NCBI GenBank assembly: GCA_963663545.1
Contig: OY760505.1
Coordinates: forward strand, 256,001-320,000
DNA: 64,000 bases
Direction: 5' to 3'
DNA from: Candidatus Delongbacteria bacterium
GTDB taxonomy: Bacteria > CAIWAD01
In this document: positions 22,335-31,619 of the stretch, piece by piece
Numbering within the stretch: the first letter of the stretch is position 1
Layout of the letters: every line of letters begins with the position of its first letter
The notes under the pieces: model-generated
Database searches by the model: none
What the model saw: the letters and a program-made list of their open reading frames with translations, nothing else
Told to the model about the DNA's origin: nothing
Position numbers and translations under genes: made by a program

Positions 22335-23303
22335 TCACACCCGCCCACGAATCAGCAGAAAGAGAAAGAAAGGGCCACCCAACAGCGCCGTTAGAATACC
22401 CACCGGCATTTCCGCAGGAGCCAGCAGACTACGGGCCAGTGTATCACAGGCCACCAGAAACAGGCCACCGGCAGGAAACACCCAAGCACCAAGGCGCGCG
22501 TGCGTCGGCCCCAGCAGAAGACGCAGAATATGCGGCACCATCATGCCCACAAAGGCGATGGGACCGCAGACGGCCACCACCGCGCCCACAATCAGCGCAC
22601 TGGTTCCCAGCACAACGCGTCTCACACGGCGCAGATTCACGCCACGACTGGCGGCCAGCTCCTCGCCCGTGCACAACAAATCCAGCTCTCGGTGATGCAG
22701 TAGTAGCACAACGGATCCGCCAAGCACCAGCAAGGCCGTGAAGATCAGCTGCACCGTACCCGGAGCCGTGATACTCCCCATCAGCCAGCGCAGCAGACGA
22801 AAGGTCTGGGTGTAATCCGCCAGATATTGGGCCAGCATGACCAGGCTGCCGCAAATGAAATTGAGCGCCACACCCGCTAGAAGCAGACTGTGCTGCGTCA
22901 GTCCACCGGCAGCGCGTCCCACCAGCAGCACCAGGCCCATGGTGGCAAGCGCTCCCCCCATTGCGCCCGCAACACTCAAGCCTCCTGCCAGGCCGACTCC
23001 CAGGCCGAAAAGCGTCACCATCGCTGCGCCCAGCGACGCACCGGAAGCCAGTCCCAGTGTGTAGGGTGTGGCGAGCGGGTTGCGAAACAGCGCCTGGTAG
23101 ACCATGCCCGCGACCGCCAGGCCGCCTCCAGCCAGAAAGGCCAACAACACGCGCGGCAAACGCAGGTGCAAGAGGATCATCTGCTCATAGCCCGTGCTCT
23201 GCCAGAATGCGGGGGAAATCCAGGGCACACCGGCACTCACCGCCAGCAGCAGAAGAAAGGGCAACAGCACGTAGAGCAGAACCAGAGGCAGTCGCTGACT
23301 CAC
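22335..23303 (-). CDS. FecCD/BtuC-family ABC permease
   Basis: RLPRVLL, QALFRNPLATP, GEELAASRGV, GPIAFVGMMVPH. Confidence 0.92.
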   Translation of the reverse strand: MSQRLPLVLLYVLLPFLLLLAVSAGVPWISPAFWQSTGYEQMILLHLRLPRVLLAFLAGGGLAVAGMVYQALFRNPLATPYTLGLASGASLGAAMVTLFGLGVGLAGGLSVAGAMGGALATMGLVLLVGRAAGGLTQHSLLLAGVALNFICGSLVMLAQYLADYTQTFRLLRWLMGSITAPGTVQLIFTALLVLGGSVVLLLHHRELDLLCTGEELAASRGVNLRRVRRVVLGTSALIVGAVVAVCGPIAFVGMMVPHILRLLLGPTHARLGAWVFPAGGLFLVACDTLARSLLAPAEMPVGILTALLGGPFFLFLLIRGRV

Positions 23304-24052
23304 GCCGGACCTCCTTCTCTGAAGCCCTCCGGCAGACGCCCGTAGAGCTCTTGCAGCATCTGTGGCTGCAGCAGCCCCTGCACTTGGCCGAAGTATACCC
23401 TCTCACCCTGCTTCAGTGCGATGGCTGTATCACAAAGCGCGCTCATCGCACGCAAATCGTGACTCACCAGCAGATAAGAGCAGGCACGCTCGGCATGGAT
23501 GCGTCGCAAGACCTCGGCAAACTCGACACACTGACCAGGGTCGAGAAACGCGGTCGGCTCGTCCAGGAGCAGCCACTCGGCTTCCTGCGCCAGTGCTGCG
23601 GCCAGCATCACGCGCTGCTTCTCGCCACCGGATAATGTGGACATCCGACGCTTGCGCCACTCCACACATGACGTCAGTTCAAGGGCGTGACACACCGCCG
23701 GGTGATCGGTGGCCGGCGAGCTGAAACGCGGCTCGCGAGCGTAGCGTGCCAGGGCAACGAAATCTTCTACAAGGAAGTCGCTGCCCTGACGATCAGCTTG
23801 AGGAACCCAGGCCATGAGCCCTGCGCGTTCACGAGCCGTGATCCGTGGCAACGCACGCCCCGCGAACTGAATCCCGCCGTGATACGGAAGCAGTCCCAGC
23901 AGGCAACGCAGCAGCGTGCTTTTTCCTGCTCCGTTGGGCCCTGCCAGCAGACAGCGCGAACCCGCAGGCAACTTCAGGCTGAGATCCTTCAGCAGGAAAC
24001 GCCCACCGCGCTGCACACTTAGATGCTCGAATTGCAGCTCGCTCAAGGACAC
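23300..24052 (-). CDS. Iron-chelate/cobalamin ABC transporter ATPase
   Basis: GPNGAGKS, LSGGEKQR, LLLDEPT, SHD. Confidence 0.92.
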   Translation of the reverse strand: MSLSELQFEHLSVQRGGRFLLKDLSLKLPAGSRCLLAGPNGAGKSTLLRCLLGLLPYHGGIQFAGRALPRITARERAGLMAWVPQADRQGSDFLVEDFVALARYAREPRFSSPATDHPAVCHALELTSCVEWRKRRMSTLSGGEKQRVMLAAALAQEAEWLLLDEPTAFLDPGQCVEFAEVLRRIHAERACSYLLVSHDLRAMSALCDTAIALKQGERVYFGQVQGLLQPQMLQELYGRLPEGFREGGPA

Positions 24053-24939
24053 AGCGTCTCCCGCTTCAATTCAGGATGCAGACAAAGTGCCAGTTCACAC
24101 AGAGCTTGCCCCAGCCGCGGGCCCGGAATCGTCAAGACAGGATCGCTGAGCACAAAGACGTGCCCCTGTGTCACGGCAACAATGCCCTGCAACAGCAGCC
24201 AATCCTCGCGCAGGCTCTCCTCTGAGCGTGCACCGTTCTCTGGAACCAGCTCGAATATCACCTCCGGTTGCAGGTGATACAAACTCTCGCGATCAACCTG
24301 TGGCACGGCAGGAAGACTGCCAGCATAAACGTTCTCGCCACCCGCCAGTGTAAGTAGCTCGCTCAAATAACTACCGCCACCGGTCATGTAGAGGTCGCGG
24401 GGTAGTCCGGGAGCCGGGTCTCGACCAACGCAAAGTGCCGTGCGTATCACAGGGAAAGGTGCACAGAGCTGCTGTACGTGATCCAGCTGTGTCTGCAACG
24501 CCTGTTTCAGTGAGTCGGCGCGGGTTTCCCCGCCCAAGTAGAGTTGCAGGCTATCGAGGGAGGACAACAAACCGGCCAGTGTGTCGTGTTGCAGCAGCAG
24601 ACAGCGAATGCCCATCGCCCGCAGACTCTGGGCGGCATCGGCGCCCTCGCGCAGCAGTAACACCAGATCGGGTTGCAGTCGTACAACGGATTCGATGCTC
24701 AGATCCAGGTAGCCGCCCACACGTGGCAGCTCCTGTGTTTCCGTGGGCCAATTGCAGTAGCGTGTCACGCCCACCACACGATCCCCTGCTCCGCAGGCGA
24801 AAAGGCACTCGGTGATACTTGGTGCCAGGCTGACCAGCCTCTGCGGGGATGTCGATACTGGAACAGAACCTAGCGCGTTCACCGGCTGTGGCAGCAGGCA
24901 AAGCAGCGCGAAAAGCAGGCTGAAAAGGGTGATACGCAC
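24043..24939 (-). CDS. BtuF-like periplasmic binding protein (helical-backbone metal receptor)
   Basis: Signal peptide; PQRLVSLAPSITE, VVGVTRYCNWP, PGPR; GTG start after GAGG. Confidence 0.88.
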   Translation of the reverse strand: MRITLFSLLFALLCLLPQPVNALGSVPVSTSPQRLVSLAPSITECLFACGAGDRVVGVTRYCNWPTETQELPRVGGYLDLSIESVVRLQPDLVLLLREGADAAQSLRAMGIRCLLLQHDTLAGLLSSLDSLQLYLGGETRADSLKQALQTQLDHVQQLCAPFPVIRTALCVGRDPAPGLPRDLYMTGGGSYLSELLTLAGGENVYAGSLPAVPQVDRESLYHLQPEVIFELVPENGARSEESLREDWLLLQGIVAVTQGHVFVLSDPVLTIPGPRLGQALCELALCLHPELKRETLCP

Positions 24940-24988
24940 GCGGCTACCTCGAGAATGACTCCTGCAAGGTAACAATCGCGGCAAGGCT

Positions 24989-25771
24989 TCAGAGGAAGCG
25001 CGTGAGTAGGGTGTCGATCTGGCCAGCCCAATAGGGAATCTGGTCGCCGACGAAGATAGCGAAGGGCGCCATCAGCAGGCCGAGCATCACAATGCCCACG
25101 CCGATTTTCAGTGGAAAGCCGACGATAAAGATGTTCATCTGCGGCACGACGCGCGCCACCACCCCCAGCCCGACTTCGGCCAGCAACAGAGCCGCCAGCA
25201 CCGGTGCCCCCATGCGCAGCCCAAGAATGAGCACCTCGCCCGAGATGCGAATGGCGTCGTCGCGCAGAAGCCCGCTCAGCTCCACACCGCCTATGGGCAG
25301 ACGCTGAAAGCTCTCGAAGAGCGCACTCAGGATCATGTGATGCCCGTCCAGAACCAGGAAGATTAGTAGTAGCCCCCAGCGCAAGAGTTGGCTGATCAGA
25401 CTCTCCTGCGAGCCCGACTCGGGATCCAGCACCGCAACTACGCCGAAGCCCATCTGCACCCCGACGAGCTGTCCCGCAAACTGGGCCGCCCAGAAGAGGG
25501 CCTGTATCACAGCGCCCAGGAACACTCCCAGAAAGACTTCGTGAAAGGCCATGCCCAGCCAGGAATAAATAGAATGCGGCCCCGGCGGCAGGTGATCCAC
25601 CGGCAGTAGCGGTATCACAATCAGGGTCAGAATGATACCGAAGGAGATCTTCCATCTTGTATTGGTGGCGCGCGAGCCAAAGAAAGGTGCCGCAATCAGC
25701 AGCCCCAGAATGCGCATCAGGACCAGCAAAAAAAGCTCGACCAGCGCCAGGGGAAACTCGAAGAAGGGCAT
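24989..25771 (-). CDS. fliR: Flagellar export protein FliR
   Basis: Polytopic; AGQLVGVQMGF, LDGHH, RVVPQMNIFIVGFPLK. Confidence 0.95.
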   Translation of the reverse strand: MPFFEFPLALVELFLLVLMRILGLLIAAPFFGSRATNTRWKISFGIILTLIVIPLLPVDHLPPGPHSIYSWLGMAFHEVFLGVFLGAVIQALFWAAQFAGQLVGVQMGFGVVAVLDPESGSQESLISQLLRWGLLLIFLVLDGHHMILSALFESFQRLPIGGVELSGLLRDDAIRISGEVLILGLRMGAPVLAALLLAEVGLGVVARVVPQMNIFIVGFPLKIGVGIVMLGLLMAPFAIFVGDQIPYWAGQIDTLLTRFL

Positions 25772-26037
25772 CAGCTAAGTCCCGTGATCAGCGAAAATAG
25801 GTTGGTGGTGTACGCCAGCAGGGATTGCATCATCCAGGGCATCAGAAACAGAAGCGTAAGTGCAACGGCGACGATCTTGGGGATGAAGGTCAGCGTCATC
25901 TCGTGTACCTGTGTCACGCTCTGCAGGATGCCGATGACCAGACCCACCACCAGACCGACAATCAGAATCGGTCCGGCAATCAGGAAGGAAATCCACAAGG
26001 TTTCCTTGATCAGGTGTACGACGAGTTCCTGTGACAC
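25771..26037 (-). CDS. fliQ: Flagellar export protein FliQ
   Basis: QSVTQVHEMTLTFIPK. Confidence 0.95.
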   Translation of the reverse strand: MSQELVVHLIKETLWISFLIAGPILIVGLVVGLVIGILQSVTQVHEMTLTFIPKIVAVALTLLFLMPWMMQSLLAYTTNLFSLITGLS

Positions 26038-26052
26038 AAGACAGGTCCTTCT

Positions 26053-26808
26053 TTAGAATCGGAAGCCTTCCACAACCGAACGTATCAGCAGATTCCAGCC
26101 GTCCACCAGCACAAAGAGCAGCACTTTGAAGGGCAGACTGATCATCACCGGCGGCAGCATCATCATACCCATGCTCATCAGCACACTGGCGACCACCATG
26201 TCGATGACCAGGAAGGGCAGGTAGATCATGAAGCCGATTTGAAAACCAATGCGTAGTTCGCTGATGACGAAGCCCGGTATCACAACGGTAATGGGCAGCT
26301 CTTCAGGCGTGCTGGGACGGTCGATGTGCGCCAGTCGCACGAAGAGCGCCAGGTCCTCCTGCCGCGTCTGCCGCAGCATAAAATCCTTGAAAGGCTGCTG
26401 GCCAATGACAAAGGCCTCTTTTTGCGTGATGTCCCCGTTCAGATAGGGCTGCAGCGCCTCCTGATTCATCTGATCGAAGGCTGGTCGCATCACAAAGAAA
26501 GTCAGAAAGAGCGCGAGGCCCACCAGCAGCTGGTTGGGCGGCAATTGCTGCGTTCCCAGCGCCTGGCGAATGAAATGCAAGACAACGATGATGCGCGTGA
26601 AGCTGGTGGTCATGATGAGCAAGGCGGGCGCCAAGGCCAGCAGCGTCATCAGCAGCAGGATTTCCAGCGCGACGACAAAATCCGGCGAAGCGCCTTGTCC
26701 TCCCGCACCAAAACTGATGCTCAGACCGCCCGGAGCGGCCGCAGGCGCTTGGGCAATAGCGGGCAGCGCCAGCAGAAAGAGCGGCAGGAGTTTCAGCAGG
26801 CCTTTCAT
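26053..26808 (-). CDS. fliP: Flagellar export protein FliP
   Basis: MTTSFTRI, QQLPPNQ, PFLVIDMVVASVLMSMGMMMLPP, LFVLVDGW. Confidence 0.97.
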   Translation of the reverse strand: MKGLLKLLPLFLLALPAIAQAPAAAPGGLSISFGAGGQGASPDFVVALEILLLMTLLALAPALLIMTTSFTRIIVVLHFIRQALGTQQLPPNQLLVGLALFLTFFVMRPAFDQMNQEALQPYLNGDITQKEAFVIGQQPFKDFMLRQTRQEDLALFVRLAHIDRPSTPEELPITVVIPGFVISELRIGFQIGFMIYLPFLVIDMVVASVLMSMGMMMLPPVMISLPFKVLLFVLVDGWNLLIRSVVEGFRF

Positions 26809-27248
26809 TTTGCGCCGCCCCCGGCCGATTCAGCCTGGCTCAGAAAACCGCTGAAGGGGCCGCCTCCGCGGCAGTCGCGTATCACGGCTTCCGCCTCCTC
26901 GCCCTTCCAGGTTTGCAGCGAGCGAATGCCGCCGTCGCTGATTCCCAGCAGAAGCACACGATCGGCGGCGCGTACCAGCAGCAGTTGCCGACGCGGTCCA
27001 AGCCCCAGTGCCTGCAGGCTTTCCAGCGGTCGTCGCGGTGATCCCGGTTTGACGCGCGTGTGCAGATAATCGCGCCCCAGGCGTAGCACCCAGTAGAAGA
27101 CGAAGAAGAGCAGAAAGACCAGCGCGGCCTTGATTCCCAGCATCCACAGGCTTTCGCTGGCGCCTGACAGATGCCGGAAGGCGCCCAGACTGTCGGCGAA
27201 TTGTGTCACGGGGGAAGCTTGTCCCAAGCTGTCGGCGGCGGGTATCAT
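26805..27248 (-). CDS. fliO: Flagellar biosynthesis protein FliO
   Basis: Single TM, LGPRRQLLLVR...LLLGIS; lies between fliN and fliP. Confidence 0.8.
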   Translation of the reverse strand: MIPAADSLGQASPVTQFADSLGAFRHLSGASESLWMLGIKAALVFLLFFVFYWVLRLGRDYLHTRVKPGSPRRPLESLQALGLGPRRQLLLVRAADRVLLLGISDGGIRSLQTWKGEEAEAVIRDCRGGGPFSGFLSQAESAGGGAK

Positions 27249-28244
27249 TTACTGCGTAGCCTGTCGCATGCGCTCTTCCATCTTGACCAGATCCGTGATA
27301 CGCACGCCGAAATTCTCGTCGATGACCACGACCTCGCCCAGCGCGAACTTCTTGCCGTTGACAAAGAGATCCACCGGCTCGCCCACCAACTTGTTCAGCT
27401 CGACGATGGAGCCCGGGTTCAGCTCGACGATATCTTTGATCAGCATGCGCGTGCGGCCCAGCTCGATGGTCACCGGCAGATCCAGATCCAGCACCTTGCC
27501 CAGACTGTGGGTCATGGTCCCATCAAAGGCATTGCTCGCAGGCTGAGGCGCAGAGCCGAAATCGGTGAACTCGGCGCGCTTGACCTCCCGCTGGGGCTCC
27601 TCGTCGGGAATAGTGTCGGGCATGGGGATCTCGATCTCGCGCGGTGCGTCCTCCTGCGGTTCAGACGCACTTGCTCCGTCAGCTCCATGCAGCAGCACCT
27701 TGCCCAAGGATTCAAAGGCTTCGGGGCTGTAGGCCTTGAGCAGTGTGGCAGGCGCCTGGCCTTCGATGATGACTTCAAAGCGCACCAGCACCCAGTCGGC
27801 GTATTCGGCAGCCAATTCGGCCATGGTCATCAGCCGCGCGGCCTGCACCTCGTTACGCAGACTCAGCCCCAGGCGCAGCGACATGTCGGTCATCTCCGCG
27901 CCCATGAGCTGATTGATGGCTTCGACGATGCCGTCCAGATGCTCGTCGGGCATGAACTCCACTTCGCCGTCGCCCATGATCATGAAGTCGACGACCTTGG
28001 CGGTGAGGATCTTGCTGAGCAGGAAAAGAATGCTGCCCGAAAGCCCCTTCACAAAGGTGGATTCCACCTGGACCAGCTCGTCCTCGCCCAGACCGTTCAG
28101 GTAATCCGCGTCCACCTTGACCAGCTCGAGCAGATTGACCTTGGTCTCCAGGTTGATCACCGTGCGGAAGATCTCACCCGCGCGCTCGGCGAAGCCCGTC
28201 TCCAGCGTCTGATAGGCTTCCAGATTGGGAATGCTCTCTGCCAT
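27249..28244 (-). CDS. fliN: Flagellar motor switch FliN with an N-terminal CheC-like domain (FliY-type)
   Basis: C-terminal SpoA domain (LDLPVTIELGRT, GEPVDLFVNGK, GEVVVIDENFGVRI); N-terminal CheC-like region with EAINQLMG. Confidence 0.9.
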   Translation of the reverse strand: MAESIPNLEAYQTLETGFAERAGEIFRTVINLETKVNLLELVKVDADYLNGLGEDELVQVESTFVKGLSGSILFLLSKILTAKVVDFMIMGDGEVEFMPDEHLDGIVEAINQLMGAEMTDMSLRLGLSLRNEVQAARLMTMAELAAEYADWVLVRFEVIIEGQAPATLLKAYSPEAFESLGKVLLHGADGASASEPQEDAPREIEIPMPDTIPDEEPQREVKRAEFTDFGSAPQPASNAFDGTMTHSLGKVLDLDLPVTIELGRTRMLIKDIVELNPGSIVELNKLVGEPVDLFVNGKKFALGEVVVIDENFGVRITDLVKMEERMRQATQ

Positions 28245-28291
28245 AATCCTGCCTTGCTCCTGCCTATATCAGGCCTGTGCCAGCCGCCTGG

Positions 28292-29296
28292 CTAGCCAGC
28301 GTGAAACTCATTCCAGATCGGATCGTGCAGACGATCCACTTCCTGTGTGATACGAAAACCACGGCGCAGGCCCAGCTTTCCGGGGCGCCCGAGGAATTTC
28401 ACTTTGTTGCCGACGTACATCGGCAGCTCATCCTGCTCGCGTACGTCGAGAGTCAGCACGTCGCCCTTCTTCAGATGGAAGAACTCCGCCAGACTGACGT
28501 GCGCCTCGCCCAGCACTGCGCGCAGATCCAGTTCGCCGCAGAGAATGCGGTGCGCCACCGGCTGCCGCGCCTCGTCGTCCATGCGGCGGCCTTTGAGGTT
28601 CATGCGGCGGCCCATCACCAGATTGGGCACGGCGGGCTCGAGGACGAAATAGGGCATGCACACGTTCATCGGGAAGGTGAAATTGCGCACGCGGATCTCG
28701 AAGAAGACCACGGCCACCGTTTCGCTGGCGGGCGCGATCTGCACGAACTGCGGATTACTTTCGTAGGATTCGATGCGGAAGTCCATGGGAAACATGATCG
28801 ACCAGGCCTCATTGAGGGTGTCAATGAGCGTGTTGACGGTGCGCTCGATGACGTTCTGCTCGATGATGGTGATTTCGCGCGGGTCGCTGAGCTTCTCGCC
28901 ATGACCACCCAGCAGACGGTCGACCATGTAGAGCACGAACTGCGGTGAGAGCTCGACGATGATGGCGCCCTCGACGCGCTGGCTGCCCAGTACGTACATG
29001 CAGCTCAGTTCCGGCAGACTCATGGTGTATTCGGCGTAGGTCACCTGGTCCATGGAGAGCAGGTTGATTTCGGCCATAATGCGCATGGTGCTGGAAAGGT
29101 GCGTGCCCATCGCGCGCGCCAGCCCCTCGTGGATCGTGCGCAGGCTGCGCATCATATCCTTGCTGATGCGCTCGGGATGTTTGAAATCGTAGGGAGTGAC
29201 CTCTTTCAGGTCCTCCGGGACGATTTCTTTGGCGCTGGTGCCTTTGTAGCTGGCCAGCAGACTGTTGATCTCATTCTGGGAGAGGATCTTGTTCAT
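28292..29296 (-). CDS. fliM: Flagellar motor switch FliM
   Basis: CheY-binding LSQNEINSLL, YDFKHP, DRLLGG, ESNPQFVQI. Confidence 0.95.
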   Translation of the reverse strand: MNKILSQNEINSLLASYKGTSAKEIVPEDLKEVTPYDFKHPERISKDMMRSLRTIHEGLARAMGTHLSSTMRIMAEINLLSMDQVTYAEYTMSLPELSCMYVLGSQRVEGAIIVELSPQFVLYMVDRLLGGHGEKLSDPREITIIEQNVIERTVNTLIDTLNEAWSIMFPMDFRIESYESNPQFVQIAPASETVAVVFFEIRVRNFTFPMNVCMPYFVLEPAVPNLVMGRRMNLKGRRMDDEARQPVAHRILCGELDLRAVLGEAHVSLAEFFHLKKGDVLTLDVREQDELPMYVGNKVKFLGRPGKLGLRRGFRITQEVDRLHDPIWNEFHAG

Positions 29297-29394
29297 GCCA
29301 CGCCTGTCCTCGCGCTCTCGCTCCCGGGAACCCTGCCGGACTCCCGCCCTGGCTCGCGAAGCGTTTCTTCGCAGAGCAATGCCCACTGTTCATG

Positions 29395-29409
29395 GCAAAG
29401 CGCGTGCCG
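29395..29409 (-). promoter_or_regulatory. Probable sigma54 promoter of fliM-fliR
   Basis: Minus strand CGGCAC-GCGCT-TTGC (-24/-12 consensus YGGCAC-N5-TTGC). Confidence 0.65.
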
Positions 29410-29600
29410 ACTTGCGAAATCCTGAACTTCGGCACTTCAGTCTAGCGGCAGATGGCTTCAACAGCGGGTTTGCAGAATCAGGCGCAATCAACGGGCCGGT
29501 TCGCGCGAAGCTGAGAAAGAAGCTCGGGGGGCAAGGTCTGCAGGGTGAGCTGGGCATCGCTTGCCTACAGCCAAGCAACCATGAGCAGCACGCGCTCTTA

Positions 29601-29950
29601 ATCGGTATCGGTGCCGACTCCTTTGGAGTCGGATCGAGTCTTCTCTTCTCCCTTCGTCCTTCTGTCACTACCAGCACCAACGAATGCTTCGCCAGCCTCT
29701 CTGATCGGACGGTGATACAACCGATTGTCGGAGAGAGTGGAAGGGAAGAAGACAAAGACTAAGACTAAGAACGATACCGATACCGATACCGATAGCGATA
29801 CCGATAAAGTGTATGAGGGATCGTAACATGGGCTTCACGAATGCCTATGGACGAAGCCATGCCGCTTCGTAGAGTGACGTGTTGAGCCAGGTCCTGAAGC
29901 ATGGCTTCGTCGAGGTGTCGCGCACGAAGTGCTCGACACACCGATAGCGA
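29601..29950. repeat. Non-coding mosaic repeat: inverted (ATCGGT)n/(ACCGAT)n tracts plus a stem/36-nt-loop module
   Basis: atcggtatcggtgccgactc…gagtcgg; gataccgataccgatacc; gacgaagccatgc…gcatggcttcgtcgaggtg. Confidence 0.8.
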
Positions 29951-29970
29951 TTAAAAGATGTGCTGGGGGG

Positions 29971-30657
29971 TTACTTCTGCTTGAGAATGTAGATTTCCAC
30001 GCGCCGGTTGCGGCCACGGTTCTCTACGCTGTCGTTGGGCACATCGGGACGATATTCGCCAAAACCGACGGCGGCCAACTTGCGGGGCTCAAGCACATTG
30101 GTGGCTTCGATGTAGCGCAGCACGCTTGTGGCGCGCGCAACGGAGAGTTCCCAGTTGCTGGGAAAGCGGATAGTGCTGATGGGCACGTCGTCGGTGTAGC
30201 CTTCCACCCGCACTTCGGCAACCTGCATCGAGCTGATCATGCCGATGACGCCGTCAAGAATCGGGTAGAACTGCGCTTTGATTTCACTGCGACCGGGGTT
30301 GAATAGGATGGCGTCCTGCATCACGATGCGCACGCCCTCGGTGTCCCAGTAGACATTAAGCTTGTCGGCCATTTCCGACTGCTCGAGCTGCTCAATCAGC
30401 TGTTCCAGCGCCTCTTCGAAAGCCTCGCTCTCAATGGGATCCGTCTCGATCGCCGAGGAACCCGCGTCCGGCTCCATGAATCCGGTGCCGCCCTTCATGG
30501 AACCCATCGCCTTGCGGAACTTGACGATCTCCATGGTGGAAAAACTCACCAGCAAAATGAAAAAGACCAGCAGCAGGCTCATCAGGTCACCGTAGGTGGC
30601 CATCCAGCCTGGCGCGGTCGGCGCTTCCATTTTTGGCGGTTCTTTTTTCTTCCCCAT
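29971..30657 (-). CDS. motB: Flagellar stator MotB
   Basis: WMATYGDLMSLLLVFF (conserved Asp), OmpA-like EGYTD, SNWELS, NRRVEI. Confidence 0.95.
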   Translation of the reverse strand: MGKKKEPPKMEAPTAPGWMATYGDLMSLLLVFFILLVSFSTMEIVKFRKAMGSMKGGTGFMEPDAGSSAIETDPIESEAFEEALEQLIEQLEQSEMADKLNVYWDTEGVRIVMQDAILFNPGRSEIKAQFYPILDGVIGMISSMQVAEVRVEGYTDDVPISTIRFPSNWELSVARATSVLRYIEATNVLEPRKLAAVGFGEYRPDVPNDSVENRGRNRRVEIYILKQK

Positions 30658-31424
30658 TATCCTGCTTCGCCGCTATTGCGCTGTGCGGGCGGCAGGAAGG
30701 TATGCAGCTTCTCCGCCACCAGACGCGGATTGTCACCGTTCTGAATGGCCAGAATGCCCTCGACGATCAGCGTCTTGCGGGCAATCTCTTGTTTGGAACG
30801 CATCGCCAGTTTGGCGTTGAGGGGCAAAGCCAGCAGGTTGGCGATAAAGGCGCCATAGAAGGTGGTAAGCAGGGCGACGGCCATACCGCCACCAATCTTG
30901 GATGGATCGTCCAGGGCCTGAAGCATCTGGATCAAACCGATCAGTGTACCGATCATGCCGAAGGCCGGTGCATAGGTGGCCATCTGCATCCAGAAACTGC
31001 CTCCGTCCGCATGGCGATCCATCAGGCTGGACAGCTCGATATCCATGATCTGCTGAATGGTGTCGGGCTCGGTGCCGTCCACGGCCAGGCGCAAACCGCC
31101 TTTCATAAACTCGTCATCGACGGCTTCCAGACCCTGCTCAATAGCCAGAATACCCTCGCGCCGCGCCTTCTCCGCGATGGCTACGAGGGTCTCGATGGTT
31201 TCCTGCATCGTGGGGTCTTTGTACAGGATGGCCTTCATCAGCGAGCCGTGAATGCCAAGTACCTGGCTGAGGGGAAAGGACATGAAGAGAGCGCCTAAGG
31301 TTCCGCCCACCACAATCATGAAGGAGCCAATATCGATGAAGAATACGGCTCCCGGCTTGGACGCGATGGCAAAGATCACGAAGCCGTAGCCGAGTACCAT
31401 GCCGATGACGGTTGCCAGATCCAT
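30657..31424 (-). CDS. motA: Flagellar stator MotA
   Basis: MDLATVIG, ARREGIL, APAFGMIGTLIGL, ALLTTFYG. Confidence 0.95.
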   Translation of the reverse strand: MDLATVIGMVLGYGFVIFAIASKPGAVFFIDIGSFMIVVGGTLGALFMSFPLSQVLGIHGSLMKAILYKDPTMQETIETLVAIAEKARREGILAIEQGLEAVDDEFMKGGLRLAVDGTEPDTIQQIMDIELSSLMDRHADGGSFWMQMATYAPAFGMIGTLIGLIQMLQALDDPSKIGGGMAVALLTTFYGAFIANLLALPLNAKLAMRSKQEIARKTLIVEGILAIQNGDNPRLVAEKLHTFLPPAQRNSGEAG

Positions 31425-31484
31425 AGTGTCCTAAGCGACCGCGCGCTGCGGCCAGGTAGATTGACGGTTTTCGGGACCCTCACT

Positions 31485-31511
31485 TTATCGGCAAGCGCTA
31501 CGCTTCCTTGA
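31485..31511 (-). promoter_or_regulatory. Sigma28 (FliA) promoter of motAB
   Basis: Minus strand TCAA-N15-GCCGATAA (consensus TAAA-N15-GCCGATAA). Confidence 0.75.
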
Positions 31512-31619
31512 TAGTATGGAAGCAGAAAAGGCCGCTCCAGGCCGAAAAAAGGGCAACGACCCGCGGATTCAGGCCGCGAGCCGTCGCCCGGACAGCATCA
31601 ATTTGCGTTCACCGAAGAC

